Positions 26,846-39,439 of a stretch of 64,000 nucleotides of DNA are shown one piece after another (position 1 is the first letter of the stretch; the number at the start of each line of letters is the position of its first letter). Origin of the DNA: Octopus bimaculoides (taxonomy: Eukaryota); assembly GCF_001194135.2 (NCBI RefSeq), contig NC_068989.1, positions 4,142,699-4,206,698 of the forward strand, read 5' to 3'. Below the pieces are notes generated by a model. The model saw only the letters and a program-made list of their open reading frames with translations. It searched no databases and was not told where the DNA came from. A program made the translations under genes and the position numbers.

Positions 26846-27599
26846 NNNNNNNNNNNNNNNNNNNNNNNNNNNNNNNNNNNNNNNNNNNNNNNNNNNNNNN
26901 NNNNNNNNNNNNNNNNNNNNNNNNNNNNNNNNNNNNNNNNNNNNNNNNNNNNNNNNNNNNNNNNNNNNNNNNNNNNNNNNNNNNNNNNNNNNNNNNNNNN
27001 NNNNNNNNNNNNNNNNNNNNNNNNNNNNNNNNNNNNNNNNNNNNNNNNNNNNNNNNNNNNNNNNNNNNNNNNNNNNNNNNNNNNNNNNNNNNNNNNNNNN
27101 NNNNNNNNNNNNNNNNNNNNNNNNNNNNNNNNNNNNNNNNNNNNNNNNNNNNNNNNNGGCCAAGATGACCACCCCAGCTTCAGAAAAATCAGCAAACCTG
27201 AAAGGCTTTGGTACCAAAGGTTCTGCAAAATCGACGTTGTATCTCTACCAGTAATACACGTGGGTTCAGCACAGTCAAGTTCATCAAATCTGCGATACAA
27301 AATTGGGAAACTGGTAATGCGCAGAGTGAATGAAAATCAATACTACTGTTAGATACAAATGAAATTACTATTTCGTGTCCTTGTTCTCATAAATTTGGCG
27401 ATGATGTAGAAGTGATGATGGCCACATTGGGGAATTAGTGATGTAGCAGTAGCCAGAGGGGAATGGTGTTCTGTGGTAGTAGTTTTGTGTGTTGTTGGTG
27501 TTTTTGTTCTTTAGCCACGGTCATTTAGAAATCGGTAGATATATGATCAGAGGCGCTCCAGATGTGACCATCTTTATACGAAAAATACATTAGACAGAC

Positions 27600-27642
<43 letters not shown>

Positions 27643-28161
27643 NNNNNNNNNNNNNNNNNNNNNNNNNNNNNNNNNNNNNNNNNNNNNNNNNNNNNNNNNN
27701 NNNNNNNNNNNNNNNNNNNNNNNNNNNNNNNNNNNNNNNNNNNNNNNNNNNNNNNNNNNNNNNNNNNNNNNNNNNNNNNNNNNNNNNNNNNNNNNNNNNN
27801 NNNNNNNNNNNNNNNNNNNNNNNNNNNNNNNNNNNNNNNNNNNNNNNNNNNNNNNNNNNNNNNNNNNNNNNNNNNNNNNNNNNNNNNNNNNNNNNNNNNN
27901 NNNNNNNNNNNNNNNNNNNNNNNNNNNNNNNNNNNNNNNNNNNNNNNNNNNNNNNNNNNNNNNNNNNNNNNNNNNNNNNNNNNNNNNNNNNNNNNNNNNN
28001 NNNNNNNNNNNNNNNNNNNNNNNNNNNNNNNNNNNNNNNNNNNNNNNNGATATAAGTGATCGTGGGCGGATTGGTCGGTTGGTAGAATCAAGCGGCGCTT
28101 CTAAGTATATTTGTAGTGGCAGGGACTTGAAAGTAAGCAGTAGCGGCAGCACGAGTTAGCG

Positions 28162-28164
<3 letters not shown>

Positions 28165-28227
<63 letters not shown>

Positions 28228-28320
28228 TACGGAAAAGAGCAATAACCTGCAGGAAGTCAAGAGTTGAAAACTGAATCTGCACCAACACCACCGCCAACAA
28301 CAACAACAACAACAACACTG

Positions 28321-28370
<50 letters not shown>

Positions 28371-28439
28371 CGTCATCACTAGCAGCAACAGCTGAAACAA
28401 AGGCAACAGCAGTAGCAATTAACCGCTTTAACTGTATTG

Positions 28440-28474
<35 letters not shown>

Positions 28475-28779
28475 GTCGTCGTCATCGTCGTCATTATCAT
28501 CATCATCAACAGCAGCAACAACAACAGCAGCCACGGCGACGGCAGCTACAACATGAGACACCTCTGCTAGAAGTACACCGACAACACAAGCAGCAGCAGC
28601 AGCAGCAGCAACGACGTCATCTGCAGCAGACACAATATCTTCAGCAGCAGCAGTAGCAGCAGCTACAGCGACATCTCCAAGGACAACTCCACATTTCTAA
28701 ACGGCAAATGTGTGGTAGTAGTTGTAGCACAGGCACAATCATTAGCACCATCATCATCATCATCATCATTAGCATAATG

Positions 28780-28821
<42 letters not shown>

Positions 28822-28870
28822 CAAATCCTAGCATCATCATCATCATCGGCATCATCGTCATCATCATTAT
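28165..28870. repeat. Compound trinucleotide cluster (CAG, TAG, CAA, GAT, CAT, AAT)
   Basis: Directly visible; source of several homopolymer pseudo-ORFs. Confidence 0.95.
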
Positions 28871-29470
28871 CATCATTTTCAGTATTATTGAGGTTGGCAA
28901 GTGTAGAGTAAGGTAAGACAGATTAGGTATGTACCTGGGTTAATATCGGGTAACGTGGGTTTAGGCAAAGAGAAATACGAAAGGTAATACAAGGGTATGA
29001 TGATTTAAATTGTGTTAAGGGGTATCTGGGGTAACATGGGGTAACGTATGTAAAGCAGTGGAAATTAACTTGGGTAAATGTAGGGTACGGTAAATCATGC
29101 TTGGTATGTAGCGTAACAGGGTGGAACGTAGCGGGGACGGAAATTACGTCAGGTAAGTCTAAAGTAAGATGCGGTTAATCATATTTGGTATGGGTAATAA
29201 GGTGTGAAAGTGATGGGTAAGGTAAGTTAGTTTAGAGTAAGTAATGTAACGTAGGGCAAGGTAAACTGAGGTGGAGAAGTCTCGAGTAAAAAGGTGTAAT
29301 TTAAAACAGGATAAGGTAAAGTGAGGTTGAATAGGAACAACAATATTTAGTAAGGTAGATTAAACGTTATTGATGGGTAGTAAAACAGGGTAGATATGGT
29401 AAGATAAAGGTAAATTAATGGAGGGAGGTAGGGTAATTTCGGGTATGGTAGGGTAATTTATGGTTTAGGA

Positions 29471-29851
29471 CATTGGTTCCCAATGAAAATAATGTGAGAC
29501 AATGATTTTAAATTTAGGTACAACACCGGTAAATTTAAGAGGAGAAGCTTAGTCGCTACAAATGACCGAGTACTTGACTTGTACAGTGGTTCCCAAAGTG
29601 GACGGTATTGCCCCTATGAGGGCAGGCGAAAGTTGAAGGAAAGTGTTGAAGAAAAGTGGAGTGATAATGGGGTAGCGATTCGTGTAAAAACAACAAATAA
29701 TGGGTTCATTAGGTTAAGTTTTATTTGTGAAATACAGTTGCTTTGAATTTGCTTCAGAAAGAGGTCTATGTTTGCGATGGTTAGTTGGGGCGCTAGGAAT
29801 GTGTAAGGGGTGTAAAGGGGGCGGCATCATCCAAAAGTTTGGGAACTACTG
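29471..29851. mobile_element. hAT-family MITE with a SINE nested in its left TIR
   Basis: TIRs CA(T/G)TGGTTCCCAA(A) and TTTGGGAACTACTG. 8-bp TSD GTTTAGGA (29463-29470) / GTTTAGGG (29852-29859). Confidence 0.8.
29484..29583 (-). mobile_element. 5'-truncated Meta-like SINE inserted in the hAT TIR
   Basis: Flanked by a 13-bp duplication, CATTGGTTCCCAA / CAGTGGTTCCCAA. Minus strand TACAAGTCAAGTACTCGGTC...GCGACTAAG matches the SINE 3' half. Confidence 0.65.
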
Positions 29852-30037
29852 GTTTAGGGTACTGTAAGGTATGGTAATACGGAAGAGTTAAAGAGAAGTA
29901 AATTAAAGTAATTTCGAAATGGATACGCTGGGTTACGTTAAGTTGAGATTTTGTAAATTAGAGCTAGCTAGGGCCGTATAATCTATGGCAGGGTCAGTTA
30001 AGTTGAGATAAACTAAGATAATATTTAAAGCAATCCT

Positions 30038-30244
30038 AAGGCAGCGAGGTGACACAATCATTAACATTCCGGACAAAATGCTTAGCAGCATTTCGTTTAT
30101 TTATATTCTGAGTTCAAATTCTACCGAGGCCGACTTTGCCTCTCGAGGTCACTAAAATAAGTACCAGTTGATCATTGGGGTTCGATGTAATCGACTTATC
30201 CTCTTCGCCAAAGTTGCTGGCCTTGTGCTGAAACTGAAATGAAT
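30038..30244 (+). mobile_element. tRNA-derived SINE (Meta-like), full length
   Basis: GGCAGCGAGGTGACACAATCATTAAC head, GAGTTCAAATTCT B box, AAAATAAGTACCAGTTG, GCTGGCCTTGTGC tail. Confidence 0.85.
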
Positions 30245-30956
30245 ATTCGTTAATATTAAGTAAGGTTGTATGTCATAGGATAATGCATGATAAATGAAGT
30301 TGAGGTAAGGCAAGTTCTGTCATCATTGGATTGTCATCAATAGAACTACATCAGCCGCTACGAGTTCCACCTACGCCACCGATACGTTTGAAGGGATTCT
30401 GCTTTTCTGATCTAAAAATTTCGACATAAGAAAATGCTGCATCGGAAGTGATGTTCGTTACAAAAAGAGGAACGTCAGCTGGAACAATAATTTCTACAAT
30501 GGTGTGTGTGTGTTTGAAATATAAGCAGCAGCAACAACGCCAACAGATATTAAAATAAAAATGAACGGCAAAACTACTACTACAACCATTACCAACAACA
30601 ACAACAAAATCAACAACAGCAATCAATGCAAATTTATGTACGTATATTGATGTTGGACTAAAATAACTACAGCAGAAGCTAAAGCAACAACAGTCAAAAC
30701 ATGAGCACTAGCAGCAACAGCAACAGCAGCAGCAGTAATTATATCTACAACAACAATAATGAAGAGAGAAAAAGAAAGATAATGCCGTAGGCAAATATAG
30801 CGGCAAAGAAAACAGAAAGAAACAAGATATGTTCTCTGGTTTAGGTAGAATTTCAGATGAATCAACTGTGTTTTGTGTAGGTTAAACAGGTCACTAACAG
30901 CTTGTAAAAGCCATAAATCCTCAACTGGTGTTTATGTTTACATATACATACATACA

Positions 30957-30987
<31 letters not shown>

Positions 30988-30989
30988 CG

Positions 30990-31020
<31 letters not shown>

Positions 31021-31031
31021 TAGATAGATAG

Positions 31032-31079
<48 letters not shown>

Positions 31080-31186
31080 GTATAAATGTATGTACATGTA
31101 CATGACTGTATATATGCATATACAAACATGTTTTATAAATATATTGTACACCATTTTAAAATACGATCACAAATGAAGTTTATAAT

Positions 31187-31265
31187 TTACTACAGCTGTT
31201 TCGTTAGAATGTTATTGATATATTTATAGATTATATCATAGCATAATTCCACCATCTTCAGGTAA
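31187..31265 (-). ncRNA. Type I hammerhead ribozyme with long stem II
   Basis: Minus strand: UUAC CUGAAGA U G...(UGAUAUA/UAUAUCA hairpin)...C GAAA CAGCUG UA GUAA. Stem I UUAC/GUAA, palindromic stem III ACAGCUGU, GUA triplet. Confidence 0.8.
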
Positions 31266-31347
31266 CACTTTAAACAAGCATAAACATGCAAGATAAAAGC
31301 ATTCAATGATGGTCTATCTTATCCAAGAAACAAAATTATATAAACTT

Positions 31348-31384
<37 letters not shown>

Positions 31385-31947
31385 GATTACACGCATACAC
31401 AAACACACAATTATGTATAAATTTGGATATAGTTGGTCAGCTGTATACCTGATTTGTATTCTCGAAGTTTATAATCGACAGTATTATATTACTGGTATTA
31501 CAAGTGTGTCTGACAAAAGGCAACGGAATATTTTGTCTCCGGCACTTTATATTCCGAGTTCAAATTTGGCTGTTTTACTGGTACTTTATTTTATCGATCC
31601 TGATGCCAAAACAAAATCGATCTCGGCGTTATTTGAATTCTCTGATCAAATATAACTGGGAAATACTGGTCTTTTGTTCAGGCCGGAATAATTAAAATGA
31701 TCTTACTCATTGACTAATATACATTCTTCGTGGGATAATTATTTCTAATTAACTTTTTAACGACCACTGCATGGGAAATGTTACTAATAATGCTATTAAA
31801 TACAGAAAATTATTAACTTCAGCAGACATTTATACGACTTTTCCGTTACTCTAACAACAACACTAAATTTAGCCGTTTACAACGGTGAGCTTAATATTTT
31901 TCTTGTAACTGGGCACAACGCCAAGTTGGAAAGGTTTTCGATGATGG

Positions 31948-31989
<42 letters not shown>

Positions 31990-32789
31990 CGATGATGATG
32001 ATGATAATGATGATGATGATGATGATGATGATGAAGAGGAGGAGGAAGGGAGAATAACCATGATGATGATGATGATGAAGAGAAGGAGGAAGGAGAAAAT
32101 AACCATGAAGAGGAGGAGGAAGAAGGGGAGGAGAAGAGGGATAACCATGAATATGATGATGATTATGACGATGATGGTGTTGATGATGATTATGATGCTA
32201 AAAATACTAAGAAATGTTGACGGAGATGAAGAGGAAGATGTGACGAGGATGATGACGATAATGTGAACGATAATAAATATGGCGACGAAGATGATGCAGA
32301 CGATGATGACAAACGAAAGGAAACTCCGGAAAAAGAGGAGCAGGAAAATAGTGACGATAACGTTGTTGATGATTATGATGATGATGATGATGATGACAAC
32401 GAAGATAATGATGATGACGATGACGATATAGTCGATTGAATTACCTCCAGTTACTTAATTGATCAACGCAGATATGGCAACACTAAACGATTTGATTATT
32501 TGCCAACCTAGCAACCGCCATTTATTTTCTCAATGAACTACCGAGAGGGGCCTTTGATAGAGACGGATGATAGTTTTAGACTGACCGTTAGCTTTGCTAG
32601 AAATAGCAGTTAAATTACCCGCAAATCACTCCACCCAAACATATTTATCTTTTTTTTAATTACATAAAAAGAAATATAACGTACATAAAACTAAATTAGA
32701 TCTGAAAATAAGATGGATCGGCCATGTCTAATATTTCTAATGTATTGACAATGTTGAGCCGGATTTAACAAAAATAGCAATGGATCCGG

Positions 32790-33100
32790 CAAGTAAGAAG
32801 ACTCTGCGGTTAAGAAGATGCTTTACGAAGATATGGTCTTAGGTTGAAACCAACTAATTTCTGCTGTTACCCGGGTTTACCAGGGATTGCGCAGTGAACT
32901 TGGTAGGCGGATATTGTGCAGAAGCTTATCGTATATGCATACATTATTTAGCCATTCGGCCCAAAGGACCGATAGAAACAGTACCAGACTTAAAAGAATA
33001 TGTACTGGATTCGATTTGTTGGACTACGCCCTTCCAGACGGTGTCCCATCGTGGCCGCGGTCCAATGAGCGACACCAGTAAAACACAGAAGACAAACGGT
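32790..33100 (+). mobile_element. Decayed CORE-type SINE
   Basis: GGACCGATAGAAACAGTACCAGACTTAAAAGAATATGTACTGGATTCGATTTGTT...CATCGTGGCCGCGGTCCAATGA tail. Confidence 0.55.
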
Positions 33101-33438
33101 ACAAGATGAAAGATAATCAATACCAAGCAACAGAATTCCGAATCGAAAAAAAAAAGAAAGCAAATGACTATATACTTCATATGAACGCCGGCACTTTACC
33201 GTTTTTCTTCATTGCAGGTTCCACTTCCTGTAAATTAATTAAATATTTAATACAAACCCAGAGGTTTCTTCTTAAACTCCAACGTTATTATTCATTATTT
33301 AGCTTTTGTTCTATAAGAACGCCCACATTGCATGTAATTCTTTTCTTTTTGTTTTGTTTCACTTTCAAAATCGATGCGAATTCCTGTTGCTGTTGCACAT
33401 CATTTTTTTTATTGATGTTGAGGTTATTATTATTATTA

Positions 33439-33481
<43 letters not shown>

Positions 33482-34378
33482 TATTATTATCATTATTATC
33501 ATAGTTGTTGTTGTTGTTGTTGTTAATATTATTATTATTGGTAGTAACAGTAGTTGTGGTAGTTTATGCCGTTGCTGCTGTAGTATAAACTGAAGTTTTG
33601 TGAATTTCTTTGCTGTTCCTTTATAAATAATTGTAGGAAAATACTCTATATGTATGTGTGTCTCTGTATGTGTGCGTGCGTATGCGCGCTTGGGTGTACA
33701 TACACACACACATATATGTATAAATATATATATTCATATATATATATACGTGTGCGTGTGTATGTGCATATATATAAATGTATTTATATATATAGATATC
33801 CATATATATAGATATGTCTGTATGTGGGCGTGTATACATATATATATATATATTACATATATTTTACACATACACACACATATATATATATGCGTGGGTG
33901 TGCATACATTTTTGGTGTTTTATTTATATATGTACGTACACAACTATGCTTATACATTTTCATATAGGTTTGTGCACTCTCTTGTATGAATGTTTGTGAG
34001 TGGAGTTTCCCTCCGTGTACATACACATGCATACCTGCACGCATATATGAAAGTTACCATGAATAAATACAGATATGTGCAAATATACGTACATAATACA
34101 TACACACATATTTAAACCTATATCTCTTGTGTCAAGAGTTATTTACTGTCTGCATCAAAGTCAAATGGGAGGGTAAAGTATAAGTAAAGCAAGTTTCATG
34201 TATAAAAATAACCATAGTGTAACTTTTTTGACCAGCCGCCATATTCAAATCGATCTTTTATTTTAATCTAATTTCCTCAGTATTCTTCTATAACTTTTCT
34301 CCCTTTATCCGCCCCCCACATTTTTCCATCATCCATCATCCAATATGTGTGTGTTTAAGGCATAGTAAAATCTCTTGT

Positions 34379-34520
34379 GAAGGCGCAAGGCTCGGTGTTT
34401 AAAACATCGGACACACAATCATGGGGTAGTGAGTTCGATTCCCGGACCGTTCTGTGTGTTGTAGTCCTGAGGAAGACTTTTTATTTCCTGTTGCTCCACT
34501 TCACTCGGCTGTAGAAATGA
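34379..34520 (+). mobile_element. tRNA-derived SINE 5' part
   Basis: GAAGGCGCAAGGCTCGGTGTTTAA head, GAGTTCGATTCCCGGACC B box, TTTATTTCCTGTTGCTCCACTTCACTCGGCTG body. Confidence 0.7.
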
Positions 34521-35222
34521 ACAGTCTTTGTGGAGTCACCCGTCAATAAGCAATACAAGTATATCATTTTTACGAGGTGAGCATGGGTCACATAGAATAA
34601 GTTGTACTATTACATAACCGTTGTTTATGTTGCAAGTGTGTCTATACCATTTATTGTTGAAACGATTGTAGCGAAGGAATAAATGTAATATCAACAACTC
34701 CATTCTTGGACCATTTAGACACACACATATATATATGTATATATATATATATATATATATTATATGTGTGTCTGTGTGCGTGTGTGTCTGTGTGCGTGCG
34801 TGTGTGTCAGTATGTCAGTGTGCATGTGTGTGTGTGTGTCAGTATGTCAGTGTGTGTGGACGTGGGTGTGTGCGTAAAATCTCTTTTTAATCAGTCAGGC
34901 GAATAGAGTTTGACAGCTGTCGTTTCTAATGATGACATGCAATGATGTATGAGGAGTCATTGTGATGTCGGGGTGTGTCGTGTGAGCAGCAGTGCAATCT
35001 TTTGTGTACATCAGTATGTGAGAGTGTCTGTGATTGCCCTGCGTTTGCGAGCATCACTACACGCATATGCACATATACACAAATGACGCATGGGTTCACA
35101 TGAAAATGTGTGTGATATTTATAAAAAAATGTGATTCTCTTAGGAGGTGATGAAGAAGCAAATTACAAATAATATTCCCAATATTTCGTTCTTGTCACGC
35201 GCTGTTTGTACGACTCCTTTAC

Positions 35223-35268
<46 letters not shown>

Positions 35269-35567
35269 NNNNNNNNNNNNNNNNNNNNNNNNNNNNNNNN
35301 NNNNNNNNNNNNNNNNNNNNNNNNNNNNNNNNNNNNNNNNNNNNNNNNNNNNNNNNNNNNNNNNNNNNNNNNNNNNNNNNNNNNNNNNNNNNNNNNNNNN
35401 NNNNNNNNNNNNNNNNNNNNNNNNNNNNNNNNNNNNNNNNNNNNNNNNNNNNNNNNNNNNNNNNNNNNNNNNNNNNNNNNNNNNNNNNNNNNNNNNNNNN
35501 NNNNNNNNNNNNNNNNNNNNNNNNNNNNNNNNNNNNNNNNNNNNNNNNNNNNNNNNNNNNNNNNNNN

Positions 35568-35621
<54 letters not shown>

Positions 35622-36601
35622 CACACAAGGGTACATATGCATAAATCAAACAGCAATCACACATATACAGCCCTATATAAACTATAATCGTATATACTTA
35701 TCTACAGGTACAGACACAAACATGTACACATACACACACACTCACACTCATACACACACATATATGTATGTATATGTATGTATATGTATATATATCCACG
35801 TATACAAATGCATTCATTAATACTTACATTCATAAAACACATACAGTAAATTTGTTTCGATTTTCATGTTAGGGACTGAGAATATGATGCAAGCTGACAT
35901 GTAATTTATAGTGGATGTAAGTTATACAACGATTGGCGCCCATTTGCTAATATGGTGTTTGACTCATTGTAAAATCTGATTACCGTTTACCGTATAACCA
36001 CTTTTTATTGATTCCATAACTATATTTCAAATGTATGTCTTTCTAATGTAATGAAGAATAGTAAAATACATATGCAATTTAGCATTACGTTGTAGTTGTT
36101 GTTGATTTGGTTTTTATAGGTACGCACAATTAAATCATCGTAACGCAACGATAATTTAGTTAATAATATGCGTAAATATATTTCTTGATTAATGGGCAGA
36201 GTAAACGGGACTTATGCAATATATACATACATACACACACACACACATATATNNNNNNNNNNNNNNNNNNNNNNNNNNNNNNNNNNNNNNNNNNNNNNNN
36301 NNNNNNNNNNNNNNNNNNNNNNNNNNNNNNNNNNNNNNNNNNNNNNNNNNNNNNNNNNNNNNNNNNNNNNNNNNNNNNNNNNNNNNNNNNNNNNNNNNNN
36401 NNNNNNNNNNNNNNNNNNNNNNNNNNNNNNNNNNNNNNNNNNNNNNNNNNNNNNNNNNNNNNNNNNNNNNNNNNNNNNNNNNNNNNNNNNNNNNNNNNNN
36501 NNNNNNNNNNNNNNNNNNNNNNNNNNNNNNNNNNNNNNNNNNNNNNNNNNNNNNNNNNNNNNNNNNNNNNNNNNNNNNNNNNNNCAAACACACACACACA
36601 A

Positions 36602-36632
<31 letters not shown>

Positions 36633-37480
36633 CATATACTCAATAATAAGAAGCTCAGTAAACACTACTGTTATTTTCAAGTTTCATGTAACACACTCGT
36701 GTTTCTGTAATCCCCATCAAGCAAATATCTCAATGCACGATCATTCCTTCCTCATCCCTAGTGTTGGGTTCTGACATTCTCTAGCAAAGTATATTCATAT
36801 TCATCACCTAATGGATAGAAATGTCAAACATCCTTATTCTCATTGCCATACTAGCGATAGATATTATGCCTTCGGTCTCGCTGCTATTTGGTAGTGTTAA
36901 CACGTCGATAACGATGATAATAGTTTCTCGTGTCCCTGATGGTTTTTTTGAATACGCTCCAAGTATCGTAGTTCAGATGTTCGTAACGCGAGAAGTTACA
37001 GAGGTCATGGTGTTAGTTTTTTATTTCTATTGCATTTATTTATTTGATTTTCTTGTCAGTAAGCTGTTCTTTATCTTGGTGGTTGTAACTGTGGCATTGG
37101 TTATCATAGATACTTCACTTGCATTTACCGTAATGATGGTTATGAATCGCAATGATGTATTTGATCAATGCTGGTTTTGATCTGGTGTAGCTGGAACTGT
37201 TTGTGTTCATATAAATGTGATCGTCGTGTTTACTGCGTAATTGAAATATCACACATATTGTATTATATTATTCTATTTTCTATCATGTATTATATTATAT
37301 AATATTGTTTTATGCTATATCGTATTATATCATATTGTATTATATTATATTATATTATATTATATCATATTATATCATTTTGCAGGAAAACACACAATCT
37401 AATTATTGTAATAAAATTATTATTTATTTGAAATGATTTAAACAAATTAATATGCTTTATTTTAAAATGAATTTAAAGTA

Positions 37481-37536
37481 TTTTCTCTTTTTCTTTTGCA
37501 GGTAAGTTTATATTTTTGCTGGTGAAATTGGTAAGA
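37481..37536 (+). promoter_or_regulatory. Juxtaposed 3'/5' splice-site motif (recursive-splice-site-like) with a 29-nt cryptic exon
   Basis: TTTTCTCTTTTTCTTTTGCAG|GTAAGT (AG at 37500-37501), and a second donor TG|GTAAGA at 37531. Confidence 0.45.
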
Positions 37537-37610
37537 TTGACTTCATTTTCTTTATATCATGTACGCGTATCGCTGTGTATTTACGGGTATGTGAATACGC
37601 GATTTAATGC

Positions 37611-37665
<55 letters not shown>

Positions 37666-38681
37666 AGTGCGCGCATTTTATCACTTTAAATTTCAAAATA
37701 TTTAAAAATAAAAACAAGCAACAATTAATCAATCAGCCATAACTGACATCCGAAACACAAATGAACATTTTTTTTATACATCAAATGCGGTTTCGTTATG
37801 CTGAGTGGGTCATCTACTCACATCNNNNNNNNNNNNNNNNNNNNNNNNNNNNNNNNNNNNNNNNNNNNNNNNNNNNNNNNNNNNNNNNNNNNNNNNNNNA
37901 GTTAAATATGAATTTCAAACTGAATAAAAGAATTAAGATATTTTGCGTATTCTTGACTTATAACAAATATATTGTACGTAAATTTCAAAAACGAAATCTT
38001 ATAAGGACCCTAAGTGTTATAAGGATTCTGGTTGAGAACCACTAGACTAGATGAACAGACAAAAACAAATCATCATCATTAGCTAGTTAGAACTCACGAA
38101 TTATAAACAAATGCCGTATTTATTTGTGTAAGTTGGGCTGTTTTATATTTGATGTTTACCAAAAAAAAAAAAAGAACTGCGGTGCCACGAATATACGTAG
38201 CAAAACTAAACCTATGAAAGGGAAACACTTCCTGCCAAAATTTTAAAACTAAATCAGAGGTACGGCTTTTATACATGCTCAACTTATATATGAGCAAATC
38301 TGGTTGTTGTTTTTTTTTAATGTCATTGATTTGGCCATATTATCTCAATAATTGAAGCGAGCTGCTCGACCAGCTACATACAGCAGTCATATCGTGCGCA
38401 TGCATGTGTGTTAGGTAAGATGAGAGAGTATTAGCAGATCTCTGGTTCTGGCTATTCATATTAATGATAACACCTTCTCAATTCAAATACTAAGCGGGTT
38501 GGACATGGTGTATTTAATTACAGATCATTAGATAGATTTTATATTATACAGAGAACTCAACACAAGAGTGCCATAAAATTATAGAATGCGTGAAACACAA
38601 AACTAATAGAAAGATTATCTAATACATTTGTGATGGTGTGTATGCATGTATCTGAGAGCATCTCTCTCTCTCACTCTGTAT

Positions 38682-38755
<74 letters not shown>

Positions 38756-39263
38756 AGGGTGTATGTGTATATATAAATATATGTGCGTATATATATGTAT
38801 ATATGTATATATATGTATACATGCATATACACACACATATATATTTAAATATATATAAACATATTCATGCATATATGTGTGTATATGTTTATATACACTT
38901 GCATAGATATATATTCATACACACAAGTATACAAAACACGCACACACACTCACTGAGCTACACACACATACACACAGATTCACATATTGATGCAAGTGAA
39001 TGAGGAGAAGTACATCAATATTCAATGTGATCGATAATGTTAATTGATTGATCATGAAAATTAGTAGCAATTTATCAGAGGTGTGATATCAGCAGAGCAG
39101 CTTGGAATTAATTGTTGATATAATTAAGTAAAAATATCGATATATTTCATTGCAACGAAAAACTCAATATGGCTTCATGCAATGAAAAGAAATAATCTTA
39201 TCTGCCGATCAGCATCACCCACCTGCATGTTCACGATGATGATGATCATCATCATAATTAACT

Positions 39264-39336
<73 letters not shown>

Positions 39337-39352
39337 GATAACAATAATAATA

Positions 39353-39437
<85 letters not shown>

Positions 39438-39439
<2 letters not shown>

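Larger units (their letters stand above)
28900..30320 (+). repeat. Decayed GGTAA/GGTTA-like pentamer satellite, interrupted by a MITE and SINEs
   Basis: At least 15 GGTAA words counted by eye in 28900-29460; strong G-over-C skew; the pattern resumes at 29852-30010 and 30255-30315. Confidence 0.65.

Noticed and set aside
27240-27290. Minus-strand FDELDCAEPTC, like the end of an LDLa domain, with an AG acceptor
   Set aside because: Too short, weak donor, wrong phase for typical LDLa exons, and the rest of the domain is absent.
30351-30626. 91-aa minus-strand ORF with a protein-like C-terminal half
   Set aside because: The N-terminal half is microsatellite; no homology recognised and no convincing splice sites.
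33190-33235. Strong acceptor TTTTTCTTCATTGCAG with a possible 12-nt micro-exon
   Set aside because: The donor CCT|GTAAAT lacks both -1G and +5G; no supporting evidence.
36821-37180. 119-aa hydrophobic ORF
   Set aside because: Composition reflects degenerate GTT/GAT/ATC low-complexity DNA; no recognisable domain.
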